Shown here: positions 46,272 to 56,399 of the stretch, piece after piece
Position numbering within the stretch: position 1 is the stretch's first letter
Layout of the letters: each line of letters opens with the position of its first letter
NCBI GenBank assembly: GCA_946645685.1
Contig: CAMPCJ010000003.1
Location: 1 to 58,481, forward strand
Source of the DNA: an uncultured Clostridia bacterium
GTDB taxonomy: Bacteria; Bacillota; Clostridia; Oscillospirales; SIG627
Length of the DNA: 58,481 bases
Direction: 5' to 3'
The notes under the pieces: model-generated
Databases searched by the model: none
Told to the model about the DNA's origin: nothing
What the model saw: only the letters and a program-made list of their open reading frames with translations
Made by a program: the position numbers and the translations under genes

Positions 46272-47015
46272 TTATTGAAATACGTTTCTGGGATCAATGG
46301 GGTTGCCGTCCTTCCACACCTCGAAGTGGAGATGAGGCTCCAGGGCGCATTCCACGAGGGCGGTGTCACCCACGCCGCCGATCACTTCGCCCGCGTGGAT
46401 CGCCGCGCCTTCCTCAATGCCGTCGGGCAGGGAAGGCATCAGTCCCATATACACGCTTTTCAGTCCGTTTCCGTGATCCAGCACCACGGTTTGCCCCATA
46501 AGAGGGTCGTCATAGGTTTTTTCGACCACGCCGTCCGTCATGGCTCTCACACGCTCTCCGATCACGGAGGCGATGTCCATACCGTTGTGAACGCGGTAGT
46601 CGTTCATCGTCTCGGAGTACACCAAAAGCTCATTGGAGTATTCTTTGATCACGTTTCCCACCAGCGGCATAACAAATTCCGGGGAAACGGGCGTTGCGGA
46701 TACGTCCTGCTCGGTTTTGGGCTTTTCCGCCGGGGTCTCTTTCTGGGGAGGGATCGCTTCCGGTTTTTCCTCTTGTACCGAAGGGATCTTGTTTTCCTTC
46801 GGGACATCTTCCACGATCACCTGCGGCAGAGGCGTGTTCTGCGCTTCCGCCAATCCTTCCGTCATGGGCTTCACCAGCCCGAGCACGGCGCCGTAAACGC
46901 CTACGCAGATTACGGATAAAATGCACACAGCCAGGGCTATGTATAAGCCCCCGCCGTTATTCTTTTTTGTTTGACCGGACCCGTTGGGTCGATTTTTCGT
47001 CTCCATTGTTTGCAT
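46272..47015 (-). CDS. spoIIQ: M23 peptidase-domain membrane protein, SpoIIQ-like
   Basis: N-terminal TM (GLYIALAVCIL), HNGMD and HLHFEV M23 motifs, sigmaF-type promoter. Confidence 0.7.
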   Translation of the reverse strand: MQTMETKNRPNGSGQTKKNNGGGLYIALAVCILSVICVGVYGAVLGLVKPMTEGLAEAQNTPLPQVIVEDVPKENKIPSVQEEKPEAIPPQKETPAEKPKTEQDVSATPVSPEFVMPLVGNVIKEYSNELLVYSETMNDYRVHNGMDIASVIGERVRAMTDGVVEKTYDDPLMGQTVVLDHGNGLKSVYMGLMPSLPDGIEEGAAIHAGEVIGGVGDTALVECALEPHLHFEVWKDGNPIDPRNVFQ

Positions 47016-47036
47016 CCGTCCTTTCTTGTTTGCTCA

Positions 47037-47066
47037 TAGTTTGTTCCCGAAAAGGAAGGATTATGC
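47037..47066 (-). promoter_or_regulatory. sigmaF-type promoter
   Basis: GCATA-N14-GGAACAAACTA. Confidence 0.55.
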
Positions 47067-47119
47067 ACCAAAACAAAAAAAGCGGAGACAAAAAATGTCT
47101 CCGCCATCTCTCAGCAGGT

Positions 47120-47401
47120 TCAATTCGGCAGATCGTTGGCGTATACAACGGTCCCCGGCTCGCGAAGGTTGAGCTTTTCCCGGGCGATCTCCTTGATCCT
47201 CTCTTCCGTCATTTCCTCGCTCAGCTTCGCGTTGTACCGCTCTACCTGCAGCGTATAGGTATCCTTTTCCGCTTCCAGCCGTTTCAGCTGCTCCCGCAAT
47301 TCATTGATCTGCAGGTTCCTGTTGACGATGGAAATCACCAGGAAAAGCAAAATGGCAACGAAAGCCAGTTTTGCAAAAAAGCCGAATCGATGTCTTACCA
47401 T
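47120..47401 (-). CDS. divIC: Septum formation initiator (DivIC/FtsB family)
   Basis: TM plus coiled coil plus IAREKLNL..PG; follows yabQ. Confidence 0.85.
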   Translation of the reverse strand: MVRHRFGFFAKLAFVAILLFLVISIVNRNLQINELREQLKRLEAEKDTYTLQVERYNAKLSEEMTEERIKEIAREKLNLREPGTVVYANDLPN

Positions 47402-47405
47402 GGGA

Positions 47406-47849
47406 TCAACTCCTTTTATCCTTCCGATCGCGGGATTTTTTTCTCTTTGAGGAGAGTTTTCGTTCTTCCCGCTTTTCTTTTCGTTTGTTCCGTATTCTTT
47501 CCCGCCGTCTTTGAAGGGGCGGAGCGATTTTTTTCAAAACCAGACGCTTGATCCAAAGAGCGCCCTTCCGGACGATCTTGCCCGCGGACGCCAGGTATAG
47601 CAGAAAGCCAAGCACCACGCCTAAAACGGCGAACCACCGGGTCTCTCCTTCCCCTCGGGCGTAGTGAAAGAAAATGTGTGTCAGACTTGCGGGTAAAAAG
47701 AAGAGCAGATCTTCCACCGCTACCAGCCAGGCGGGATGGGTAAACAGGATCCGCATCACCCGGAAAAAGTCGTAATACACGCCCAAAAGCGACCCGAAGA
47801 TGACGGCGCGGAAAAAGAGAATGATCCCCCAAAGCCATTCGCGGGTCAT
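47406..47849 (-). CDS. yabQ: Spore cortex biosynthesis protein YabQ
   Basis: G..LG..YDFFR..R…EDLLF…GETRWF…G..LGFLLY. Confidence 0.88.
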   Translation of the reverse strand: MTREWLWGIILFFRAVIFGSLLGVYYDFFRVMRILFTHPAWLVAVEDLLFFLPASLTHIFFHYARGEGETRWFAVLGVVLGFLLYLASAGKIVRKGALWIKRLVLKKIAPPLQRRRERIRNKRKEKREERKLSSKRKKSRDRKDKRS

Positions 47850-48109
47850 TTGGCGAACAGGCGGCTGAAGAATCCTTTTTTCTCATCGCCCGCGCTATCG
47901 GGATACCACAGCGAATCGATCTGTCCGGACAGATGCGCCTCTTTCTTTTCCAGATCCAGGCGATCCATGTGCAGGGTATGGCCGCTGATCTGCAGCGACC
48001 CCAGCGCCGTTTCGATCTCAGCGTGATCTTCGGAAAAAGCGATTACGTCCGTCACGCCGCCGATCAGCAGTGTTTTGCGTCCTTCCATCAGGATCTTATA
48101 TTCGTCCAT
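47846..48109 (-). CDS. yabP: Sporulation protein YabP
   Basis: R..L.I.GVTDVIAF…ET.LG.L.I.G..LH…LDLE. Confidence 0.9.
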   Translation of the reverse strand: MDEYKILMEGRKTLLIGGVTDVIAFSEDHAEIETALGSLQISGHTLHMDRLDLEKKEAHLSGQIDSLWYPDSAGDEKKGFFSRLFAK

Positions 48110-48127
48110 CGGTCATCACCTCGGACT

Positions 48128-48156
48128 ATCCTATGAAGGAAGGCGGGAAAATATAC
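48128..48156 (-). promoter_or_regulatory. sigmaE-type promoter of yabPQ
   Basis: GTATA-N16-CATAGGAT. Confidence 0.55.
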
Positions 48157-48161
48157 GGCGA

Positions 48162-48401
48162 TTATATCACCCGATACAAAGTGGGCGCTTCGTTCTTACC
48201 GACGTGCTCCGGGGTCGAAAGAACTTCACAGCGAAAGCTTCTTTCTCCGAAGCGAACTTCGATCACGTCTCCGATCTTTACATCGTAAGAAGGTTTGACG
48301 ACGCGGCCGTTAACGGAAACGTGACTGGCGTCACACGCGTCGTTGGCAACCGTTCTGCGCTTGATGATGCGGGATACCTTCAAATACTTGTCCAGTCGCA
48401 C
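48162..48401 (-). CDS. yabO: S4-domain RNA-binding protein YabO/RqcP
   Basis: GTG start after the GAGGAG RBS; RLDKYLKVSRIIKRRTVA. Confidence 0.92.
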   Translation of the reverse strand: MRLDKYLKVSRIIKRRTVANDACDASHVSVNGRVVKPSYDVKIGDVIEVRFGERSFRCEVLSTPEHVGKNEAPTLYRVI

Positions 48402-48458
48402 TTTTACTCCTCTATTGTACCACAGATGGTTTTGAGGGCGCAAGCCCTTTGCGGTCAT

Positions 48459-49109
48459 TTATTGATAGCTGTCGGGATGAGCGATCAGCGCGTTCAGATA
48501 TTTTTGAAGCGCTTCTTCCGGGCAGATCCCGGATCGGACTTGCTTTAAGCAAAGGCGGTACAGCTCCTCGCCGGCAAGGACGATCTCGTCCCCCGCGGGG
48601 ATAGCATCTTTGCGCAGAAGGGCAAAACCGCTCTTTTCCGCCGTCTTTTCCGCCCGCATAAGAGCAGGGAGGCTTTTGGCGATCCCGCGAAGGGTATCCT
48701 CCTTGCTTTTAGCGCCTTTTTCCTTGCGCTTGATCGCATCCCAGGAATCCTGGATCGATCCTTCCGGTACCGTTTCATCCCCGAAAACGTGGGGATGGCG
48801 ACGGATCATTTTTTTACAGATGTCGCTTGTGACGTCGGAAAGGGTGAACGCGCCTTCGTCCCTGGCAAGCCCCACGTGGAATATAACCTCCAGAAGAACG
48901 TCTCCCAATTCTTCCCGAAGGATGGCGTTGTCCTCTTGATCGATGCCCTCCACGACCTCGTACGCTTCCTCAAGAAAATTGTTCCGCAGGGACTTGTGGG
49001 TTTGTGCCCGATCCCAGGGGCATCCATCCGGCGCCCGCAGAATATCCACGATGGCGCAAAGGTCGTCGAAAGAATAAACTTCTTTATTGATCAGTTCCGC
49101 TTTGGTCAT
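48459..49109 (-). CDS. mazG: MazG-family nucleoside triphosphate pyrophosphohydrolase
   Basis: LRAPDGCPWD..QTH.SL, EEAYE, EELGD, RHPHVF. Confidence 0.92.
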   Translation of the reverse strand: MTKAELINKEVYSFDDLCAIVDILRAPDGCPWDRAQTHKSLRNNFLEEAYEVVEGIDQEDNAILREELGDVLLEVIFHVGLARDEGAFTLSDVTSDICKKMIRRHPHVFGDETVPEGSIQDSWDAIKRKEKGAKSKEDTLRGIAKSLPALMRAEKTAEKSGFALLRKDAIPAGDEIVLAGEELYRLCLKQVRSGICPEEALQKYLNALIAHPDSYQ

Positions 49110-50490
49110 TCCCAAACTCCTTTAACGTTCGCATCAGATCAAAAACCCCTCTCACCGGGATGATCTTTACACCGTCCGGAATTTTCTTGACCCGTTCCGC
49201 GGCGCGTTTGGGCAAGAGAATGGTGTCGAAGCCAAGCCTTGCCGCTTCGTTCACCCGCAGGTCGGAGTCGGAGACCGTGCGGCATTCCCCGGACAATCCC
49301 ACTTCTCCGATGGCGATGAAGTGGGGCGGCAGGCGCGTTTCCAGGGCGCAGGAGAGGCACGCGGCGCAGATGCCGAGATCCGCCGCCGTCTCATCCAGAC
49401 GAAGTCCGCCCACCACGTTCATATAAACGTCTTTGTCAAAGAAGCGCACGCCCAGCCTTTTTTCCAGCACGGCGAGCATCATGGTCATCCGGTTCAGATC
49501 CACCCCGGAAGAGAGCCTTTTCGGATTGGGGAAGGGTGACCGCGCCACCAGCGCCTGTACCTCGGTGAGGATGGGGCGCGTGCCTTCCATCAAACACACC
49601 GGGCAGGAGCCGGGCACCCCGACGGGGCTGTCCTCCATCATCCGGCGGCTGGGATCGGGAACCTCCTCCAGGCCCGTATCGGTCATTTCAAACAAGCCGA
49701 TTTCGTTGGTGGAGCCGTAGCGGTTCTTGATGGCGCGCAGGATGCGGCTGCTCTGGGTGCGTTCCCCTTCGAAATACAGGACAACGTCCACCATATGCTC
49801 CAGCAGTTTCGGGCCGGCAATGACGCCGTCTTTGTTCACGTGCCCCACCAGGATGGTGGAAAAGCCGGTACGTTTTGTGATCCCGATCAGTTTGGCGGCG
49901 GAGGCTTTTACCTGGGAAACGCTGCCCGGCGCACTGTTCACGGAAGCGTCCTTGACGGTCTGTACCGAGTCGATGATCAAAAGATCCGGTTTGACTTTAT
50001 GGATCTCCGCCATCACACCGTCCACGTCCGTCTCACATTGCAGGTAGATGTTTTCTGTCAGGGCGGAAAGCCGCTTGGCGCGCATTTTGATCTGCAGCTG
50101 AGATTCTTCTCCGGAAACGTACAGGACTTTCAGATCCGGCATGGAACGGCAGATCTGCAGGAGCAGGGTGGATTTGCCGATACCGGGTTCGCCGCTGATC
50201 AGCGCAACCGACCCGCGAACGATCCCGCCGCCCAGCGCGCGATCCAGCTCTCCGATCCCGGTTTTTGTTCGCTCGCCGAAAAGCTTTTCCTCTTCGATCT
50301 GGTCGATCCTGACGGCTGGGGTGTATTCGCCGGCGGGCGCGTCCAAAACAGGCTGACCTCCCGCGTCGCGAACGAATACCTCTTCTTCCAGGGTATTCCA
50401 CGCGCCGCATTCCCGGCATTGACCGTTCCAGCGTGGAAACTGCGCGCCGCAGTTGGTGCAGGTATAAACCGTTTTCGTCTTTCCGGCCAT
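49084..50490 (-). CDS. radA: DNA repair protein RadA/Sms
   Basis: CxxC…CxxC, GEPGIGKSTLLLQ, KNRYG, EGTRP. Confidence 0.97.
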   Translation of the reverse strand: MAGKTKTVYTCTNCGAQFPRWNGQCRECGAWNTLEEEVFVRDAGGQPVLDAPAGEYTPAVRIDQIEEEKLFGERTKTGIGELDRALGGGIVRGSVALISGEPGIGKSTLLLQICRSMPDLKVLYVSGEESQLQIKMRAKRLSALTENIYLQCETDVDGVMAEIHKVKPDLLIIDSVQTVKDASVNSAPGSVSQVKASAAKLIGITKRTGFSTILVGHVNKDGVIAGPKLLEHMVDVVLYFEGERTQSSRILRAIKNRYGSTNEIGLFEMTDTGLEEVPDPSRRMMEDSPVGVPGSCPVCLMEGTRPILTEVQALVARSPFPNPKRLSSGVDLNRMTMMLAVLEKRLGVRFFDKDVYMNVVGGLRLDETAADLGICAACLSCALETRLPPHFIAIGEVGLSGECRTVSDSDLRVNEAARLGFDTILLPKRAAERVKKIPDGVKIIPVRGVFDLMRTLKEFGNDQSGTDQ

Positions 50491-50606
50491 GGTTTGCTCC
50501 TTATGTTCATACTTAGATTCATTATAAAGAAAAATACGGCAGCTGTCAATTTATTCTTGCGTTTTGCCCCGTCTTCTGTATACTTAAAAGAGAAGGGAGG
50601 GGCACC

Positions 50607-51572
50607 ATGGCAAATTATGTTTTTATCAGCCCGTTTTCCCGGGCGTGCGACAATATGGCGCTGGATGAATATCTGCTGGATCACGTTCTGCCGGATGACC
50701 TGATCCTGTTGTTCTACGTGAATGAAAACGCCGTGATCATCGGGAAAAACCAAAATCCGTGGAAGGAATGCGATCGGAACGCCATGGATCGGGACGGCGT
50801 GGAGCTGGCGCGCCGTATCAGCGGCGGCGGCGCGGTCTATCACGACGGGGGAAATCTAAACTATTCCTTTATCGCCGGGGAAAACCGCTATGACCCCGGC
50901 GCTTTTCAGGATCTGATCCTGTCCTGCCTGAAAGAGGAGGGTGTTCCCTGCGAGGCGTCCGGCAGAAACGACCTTGTCGTCTGCGGAAAAAAGATCTCCG
51001 GCACGGCGTTTGCCGTCCGGCACGGAAAACACCTCCATCACGGGACCCTGCTCATTTGTTCCGACCTGACAAGACTGGGTAAATATTTGACCGTGGATCC
51101 GGGTAAGATCCGGTCGAAGGGTATTGATTCCGTCCGTTCCCGGGTTGCCGATCTGGTGGAATTCAAGCCCGAGCTGACGGTTCCCGGCATGCGCGCCTCC
51201 CTTTGCCGCGCCTTTGAAAAACGGTACGGCGCCGTGGTGTCCCTCCCGTTTTCCGACGCGGAACGGATCGCGTTGGAGTCGTACCGCGCCCGGCACGTTT
51301 CCTGGGAATGGCGGATCGGAAATACGCCCGGATTCGATCTGGCTTGGTCCGAACGTTTCCCCTGGGGCGGCGTGGAGTTGTATCTGATCTTGGAAAAGGG
51401 CGTCATTCGGGAAGCGCGGGCTTTTTCAGACGCGATGGACACTTCTCTTTGCGATGATCTGGAGCGCACACTGATGAACTTGCCTTTGGATAGGGGAGAC
51501 GTTTCGAAAGCGGCAGAAGCGTTGGGCGGCGCCGGCGGTGAAGCCCTTCTGTTGTTCTCCCGCTCCATTTAA
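50607..51572 (+). CDS. lplA: Lipoate-protein ligase A
   Basis: NMALDE, IGKNQNPW, RRISGGGAVYHD, GRNDL, KISG, HHGTLL, SKGIDSVRSRV. Confidence 0.95.
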   Translation: MANYVFISPFSRACDNMALDEYLLDHVLPDDLILLFYVNENAVIIGKNQNPWKECDRNAMDRDGVELARRISGGGAVYHDGGNLNYSFIAGENRYDPGAFQDLILSCLKEEGVPCEASGRNDLVVCGKKISGTAFAVRHGKHLHHGTLLICSDLTRLGKYLTVDPGKIRSKGIDSVRSRVADLVEFKPELTVPGMRASLCRAFEKRYGAVVSLPFSDAERIALESYRARHVSWEWRIGNTPGFDLAWSERFPWGGVELYLILEKGVIREARAFSDAMDTSLCDDLERTLMNLPLDRGDVSKAAEALGGAGGEALLLFSRSI

Positions 51573-51607
51573 CGCTTTTAACGGCTTTAAGAAGATCGCC
51601 TGCACGG

Positions 51608-51647
51608 AAAAAAGAAGCAGAAGTCAAAAACTTCTGCTTCTTTTTTT
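51608..51647. terminator. Bidirectional terminator
   Basis: AAAAAAGAAGCAGAAGT…ACTTCTGCTTCTTTTTTT. Confidence 0.85.
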
Positions 51648-51654
51648 CTGCGGA

Positions 51655-52482
51655 TCATGCATCAATGGCTTGAAACAATTCTTTCAAGGGTTCTCCCCCG
51701 TAGGATTCGATCAAACCTTTGTCACATAACGCGGCAAGGGCGGGATCGATGGGCAATTGGGCGGTGGCTTGAATGCCGTAGCCTTCGGCGTTTTCCTTCA
51801 GATGGCTCTTACCGAACGGTTCGATCTTCTTGCCGCAGTCGGGGCAGGTAACGTAAGACATATTCTCCACCAGTCCCAAGACCGGGATCTTCATCAGATT
51901 TGCCATTTTCACGGCTTTCTCCACGATCATGGAAACAAGCTCTTGAGGAGACGTGACCACGATAATGCCGTCTAAAGGCAGGGATTGGAAAACGGTGAGG
52001 GGAACGTCGCCCGTTCCGGGAGGCATATCCACGTACATATAATCCACGTCGCCCCAGTTCACTTCCGTCCAGAATTGGGTCACCGTCCCGGCGATCACGG
52101 GACCGCGCCACACCACCGGATCCGTTTCATTTTCCAAAAGAAGATTTAAGCTCATCACTTTGATGCCGCTGCGCGTTTCCACCGGGAAAAGCCCGGTATC
52201 GTCGCCGGTGGCGCGATCGTGCAAGCCGAACGCTTTGGGGATGCTGGGACCGGTGAGATCCGCGTCCAGGATGGCGGTCTTCTTTCCCGCACGGGCGGTT
52301 TCCAGCGCCAGAAGGGAAGTTACCATGCTCTTGCCCACGCCGCCTTTACCGCTGACGATGCCGATCACTTTTTTGATATGGCTCTGGGCGTTGGGCTTCT
52401 GCAAAAGGCTTTCCTGACTGCGGGACGGACAATCCACGCCGCAGGTATCGCAGTTGTGTGTGCAGTTTTCTTGCTCTGCCAT
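51655..52482 (-). CDS. mrp: Mrp/NBP35 Fe-S cluster carrier ATPase
   Basis: N-terminal Cys cluster, SGKGGVGKS, DMPPGTGD, ENMS…CPDC. Confidence 0.95.
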   Translation of the reverse strand: MAEQENCTHNCDTCGVDCPSRSQESLLQKPNAQSHIKKVIGIVSGKGGVGKSMVTSLLALETARAGKKTAILDADLTGPSIPKAFGLHDRATGDDTGLFPVETRSGIKVMSLNLLLENETDPVVWRGPVIAGTVTQFWTEVNWGDVDYMYVDMPPGTGDVPLTVFQSLPLDGIIVVTSPQELVSMIVEKAVKMANLMKIPVLGLVENMSYVTCPDCGKKIEPFGKSHLKENAEGYGIQATAQLPIDPALAALCDKGLIESYGGEPLKELFQAIDA

Positions 52483-52627
52483 GTTGATCACTCCTTTACG
52501 GTCATTAACCCGTTTCTTCTTACGATTATATCGGTTTTTTTTCTTCTGTCAAGCACGCTCGTTCCGTCTTTACTTTTTCCGTAAGATGTACTATAATGGA
52601 TAAAAGTATGCAGAAAGGGGACGGGAC

Positions 52628-54190
52628 ATGAGACGGATGCGCTGGATGAAAAATAAGAACGGCTTGCTCGTTCTCCTTTCCGCCTTTCTTTCCGCGCTGC
52701 CTTACACGGTGCCCGCGTTGTTCTTTTTGTCCTGGTTCTCCTTTGTTCCGCTGATCCTTGTTTTGATGAAGGAGCGGGGAAAGATCCGGACGGATCTCGG
52801 TTATGCTTTTTTGTTCGGTTTCTTTTATTATCTATTTACCTATTGGTGGTTTTGGGTGCTGTATCCCATGGATTTTGCCGGCGTTTCAAAGGGGGAGGCG
52901 CTCCTGATCGTTCTGCTGGGCTGGGCAGGGATCAGCCTGCTGCACGGATCTCTGTTCCTCCTGGTGGGTCTCGCCGTTCATTTCGCGAAAAAGCTTCATA
53001 GAAGATCTTTCACGGCTGCCGCCTTTCTTCTTGCTTTTTTGCTGTGTGAGTGGATCACCTCTCTTTCGCCTCTGGCGTTTCCCTGGGTGAGGCTCTGCGC
53101 CGGTCAATTCCGGGCGCCGCTTCTCATTCAGAGCGCTGCCGTTTGGGGCGTTTACGGGGCGGATCTTCTCATTTTGACGGTCAACGTATTCCTTTCGTTT
53201 GTTATTCTCTCTTCCGGTCGGCGCCGACTGATCCCGGCTGCCCTTGCCGTCTTTTTGTTTTCCGGCAATTTCCTGTTCGGGGCGATCCGGATGGGGGCGT
53301 TTGAAAAAGAAACGAACACCGTACGGGTCGCCGCGGTGCAAGGCAATATTCTCTCCGGCGATAAGTGGAGCGATACCGGCTTTGATCGCTGCTTCGATAC
53401 GTATTACGGCCTTACGGAAAACCTGACGGAAGACGTGGATCTCATTGTTTGGCCGGAAACGGCTCTTCCCGTGACCTTGAACGGATCCTCCTTTTCCCAT
53501 ATCGTGGAGGAACTTCAGCTTCTGTCCGAAAAATGCGGCGCTCCGATCCTTACGGGTGCTTTCTGGAAGCAGGAAAAAGGGGAATCCAACGCGGCGGTGC
53601 TCATTTCGCCGACAAACGTTTCCGAGCCATATGCCAAACGCCACCTCGTTCCCTTTGGGGAGAGCGTTCCATACCGTGACGTGCTTGAAAAAGTGTTCCC
53701 GTTTTTGACGGAAATCAATATGCTATCCGAGGACGTTGCGGCAGGGGATAACGCCGGTCTTTTCACAACGGATAAAGGCAAGGTGGGCACGCTGATCTGC
53801 TTTGAGTCCATCTTTCCCGAACTCGCCGCGGACAGCGTCGGTCAGGGCGCTCACTTTCTGGCGGTCATTACCAATGATTCCTGGTATAAGGATTCACCCG
53901 CCGTCTATCAACACCTGTCCCACGCTGTCTTGAGGAGCATCGAATGCGGGAGGAGCACCGTTCGCGCCGCGAACTCCGGCGTTTCCGCGCTCATCGACCC
54001 TTGCGGCAGGATCTTGCAAGAGCTTGGTCCCTTGAAGCAGGGCGTTGTGATCGGGGAGATCCCGTATTCCGAAGCGGATACGGCGTATAGTTCCATCGGA
54101 GACCGGATCCTGCCCGTTTACGGCGTCGTTCTTGCCGTTTGGTGCGGGGTTTGTTTGATCGTGAAGAGGAGGCGCCATGGCGGTAAATGA
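52628..54190 (+). CDS. lnt: Apolipoprotein N-acyltransferase
   Basis: Multiple N-terminal TM segments (…FPW…G.YG), VQGNI, WPETA (Glu), KRHLVPFGE (Lys), ICFES (Cys), ITNDSW, RAANSGVS, C-terminal TM. Confidence 0.92.
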   Translation: MRRMRWMKNKNGLLVLLSAFLSALPYTVPALFFLSWFSFVPLILVLMKERGKIRTDLGYAFLFGFFYYLFTYWWFWVLYPMDFAGVSKGEALLIVLLGWAGISLLHGSLFLLVGLAVHFAKKLHRRSFTAAAFLLAFLLCEWITSLSPLAFPWVRLCAGQFRAPLLIQSAAVWGVYGADLLILTVNVFLSFVILSSGRRRLIPAALAVFLFSGNFLFGAIRMGAFEKETNTVRVAAVQGNILSGDKWSDTGFDRCFDTYYGLTENLTEDVDLIVWPETALPVTLNGSSFSHIVEELQLLSEKCGAPILTGAFWKQEKGESNAAVLISPTNVSEPYAKRHLVPFGESVPYRDVLEKVFPFLTEINMLSEDVAAGDNAGLFTTDKGKVGTLICFESIFPELAADSVGQGAHFLAVITNDSWYKDSPAVYQHLSHAVLRSIECGRSTVRAANSGVSALIDPCGRILQELGPLKQGVVIGEIPYSEADTAYSSIGDRILPVYGVVLAVWCGVCLIVKRRRHGGK

Positions 54191-56399
54191 GGAACTTTTG
54201 ACCCTGGAAGGGGAAGTGGAAGACGTCATTTACCAAAATGACGAAAGCGGATACACGGTTTGTGTGATCGGTGTGGATGATGAGCCGGTCACGGTGGTCG
54301 GCACGATGCCCGGGATCCTGGTGGGCGATCAGATCCGCGTTATGGGCGCCTGGACGTCCCACCCCAGCTATGGAAAACAATTTAAAGCGACTTGCCTGGA
54401 GAAGTCTTTGCCGGTGGATGAAAAGGCGATGCTCCGGTATCTTTCTTCCCGCGCCGTAAAGGGCGTGGGCCCCACTCTGGCAAAGCGCATCATGGAGCGC
54501 TTCGGAGAAGCCGCCTTCGACGTGATCGAAAATAACCCCGATCTTTTGGCGGACGTGCAGGGCATTTCCGTCAGGAAAGCCAGGGAAATTTCCGCCGCCT
54601 TTAAAGAGCAGTTCGGCGTACGCCGGATCATGATGTATTTCGGCGGCTATTTCGGCTCCTCTACCACAATGCGGATCTTCAAGAAATGGGGAACTCGCGC
54701 CATAGACGTGGCTGAAAAGGATCCCTACGTCCTCTGCGACGAGATTTACGGCATCGGCTTTGAACGGGCGGACGCCATGGCGCAGGCGATGGGATTCGAG
54801 AAGAATTCCCACGGCAGACTGCGTGCGGGGCTTCGCTATGTTCTGCGCTATAACGCGGCAGCCAACGGGCATTGCTATCTGCCGCAGGCAAAGCTGGTCG
54901 CCGCCGCTTCCTCCTTGATGGGCGTGGACACGGCGGACGTGGAGGATCGGCTGAGTGTTCTTTGCCGGGAAGGGGAATTGATCCGCGCCCGGGGAACGGA
55001 CACCCCCGTGTACCTGCCGGAGTATTTTAAGGCGGAGATCTCCTGTGCGACGAAACTGTGCGAATTGAACCGGATCAATCTGTTCGGATCCGTGGAGGAC
55101 GCGGAAAAGCTCATTGCCGATACGGAAAAACGGGAGGGCATCCAATACGCTCCCGCCCAGCGAGAGGCGATCCGCTCCGCTCTATCCCATTCCGTGACCC
55201 TGATCACCGGCGGGCCCGGTACGGGAAAGACGACCATCGTGAAAGCCATCGTCTCTATTTTTGAAATGGTGGGTATGAAGATCGCCCTGGCGGCTCCTAC
55301 CGGGCGGGCGGCTAAACGATTGGGCGAATCCACCGGGGAAAGCGCCCGCACGATTCACCGCCTCCTTGAAAATGAGTATACCGGCGACGATACGACACGA
55401 TTTGTCCGGAACGAACGAAATCCCCTGGACGAAGACGTTATCATTGTGGATGAGACCAGCATGATGGACATCCTGTTGTTTTCGTCCTTACTGGCTGCCG
55501 TTCGCCCCGGGTCACGGATCGTGCTGATCGGGGACAGCGACCAGTTGCCCAGCGTCGGAGCCGGCGAGGTTTTGCGGGATACGATCCGCTCCGGTGTTTT
55601 TCCCGTTTGCCGCCTGGAAGTCATTTTTCGTCAATCCGGCGGTAGCGACATCGTGATCAACGCCCACCGGATCAACCGCGGGGAATACCCCGCTTCTTCG
55701 GACAAGAGCGGCGATTTCTTTTTGATGACCCGCGCTTCCCTGTCCGCCGCCGTTGATACGGTGGTCTCCTTGTGTCGGGACAGGTTACCCAAAAAATACG
55801 GGCAAAAAGCGCTGGACGGCATCCAGGTACTCAGTTGTACCCGCAAAGGGGAATTGGGCACCATTCGCCTGAACGCGCTGCTGCAGGCTTCTCTTAATCC
55901 GCCGGCCCCGGATAAGGATGAAAAGGCGGTTCGGGACGTGATCTTTCGCGTGGGCGACAAGGTCATGCAGATCCGAAACGATTATGATCTGGAATGGGAA
56001 AGCGTGAATAGCGCCCTGCGTGGCAACGGCGTTTTCAACGGCGACATCGGCAGGGTGGAGGCGGTGGATCATACCGCTGAAACGGTGACGGTCCTTTACG
56101 ACGATCACCGTGTGAATTATCTGTTTGAGGAACTGGACGAGATCGAACACGCCTTTGCCGTCACCGTCCATAAAAGTCAGGGGAGCGAATATCCCATCGT
56201 GGTCTTTCCGCTCTTCAACCCGCCGCCCATGCTCGCCACCCGGAATCTTTTGTATACCGGCGTAACAAGAGCAAAGGATCTGGCGATCTTGGTGGGCGAC
56301 GCCGCTTCCGTTCGCCGGATGGTGGACAATGATAAAGTCGCCGAGCGTTATACGGGGCTTTGTGAGGCGTATCGTCTTTTGAGGGACAAGAAGCTATGA
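54177..56399 (+). CDS. recD2: ATP-dependent RecD-like helicase RecD2
   Basis: HhH N-terminal region, GGPGTGKT, APTGRAA, DETSM, GDSDQLPSV, TVHKSQGSE. Confidence 0.96.
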   Translation: MAVNEELLTLEGEVEDVIYQNDESGYTVCVIGVDDEPVTVVGTMPGILVGDQIRVMGAWTSHPSYGKQFKATCLEKSLPVDEKAMLRYLSSRAVKGVGPTLAKRIMERFGEAAFDVIENNPDLLADVQGISVRKAREISAAFKEQFGVRRIMMYFGGYFGSSTTMRIFKKWGTRAIDVAEKDPYVLCDEIYGIGFERADAMAQAMGFEKNSHGRLRAGLRYVLRYNAAANGHCYLPQAKLVAAASSLMGVDTADVEDRLSVLCREGELIRARGTDTPVYLPEYFKAEISCATKLCELNRINLFGSVEDAEKLIADTEKREGIQYAPAQREAIRSALSHSVTLITGGPGTGKTTIVKAIVSIFEMVGMKIALAAPTGRAAKRLGESTGESARTIHRLLENEYTGDDTTRFVRNERNPLDEDVIIVDETSMMDILLFSSLLAAVRPGSRIVLIGDSDQLPSVGAGEVLRDTIRSGVFPVCRLEVIFRQSGGSDIVINAHRINRGEYPASSDKSGDFFLMTRASLSAAVDTVVSLCRDRLPKKYGQKALDGIQVLSCTRKGELGTIRLNALLQASLNPPAPDKDEKAVRDVIFRVGDKVMQIRNDYDLEWESVNSALRGNGVFNGDIGRVEAVDHTAETVTVLYDDHRVNYLFEELDEIEHAFAVTVHKSQGSEYPIVVFPLFNPPPMLATRNLLYTGVTRAKDLAILVGDAASVRRMVDNDKVAERYTGLCEAYRLLRDKKL

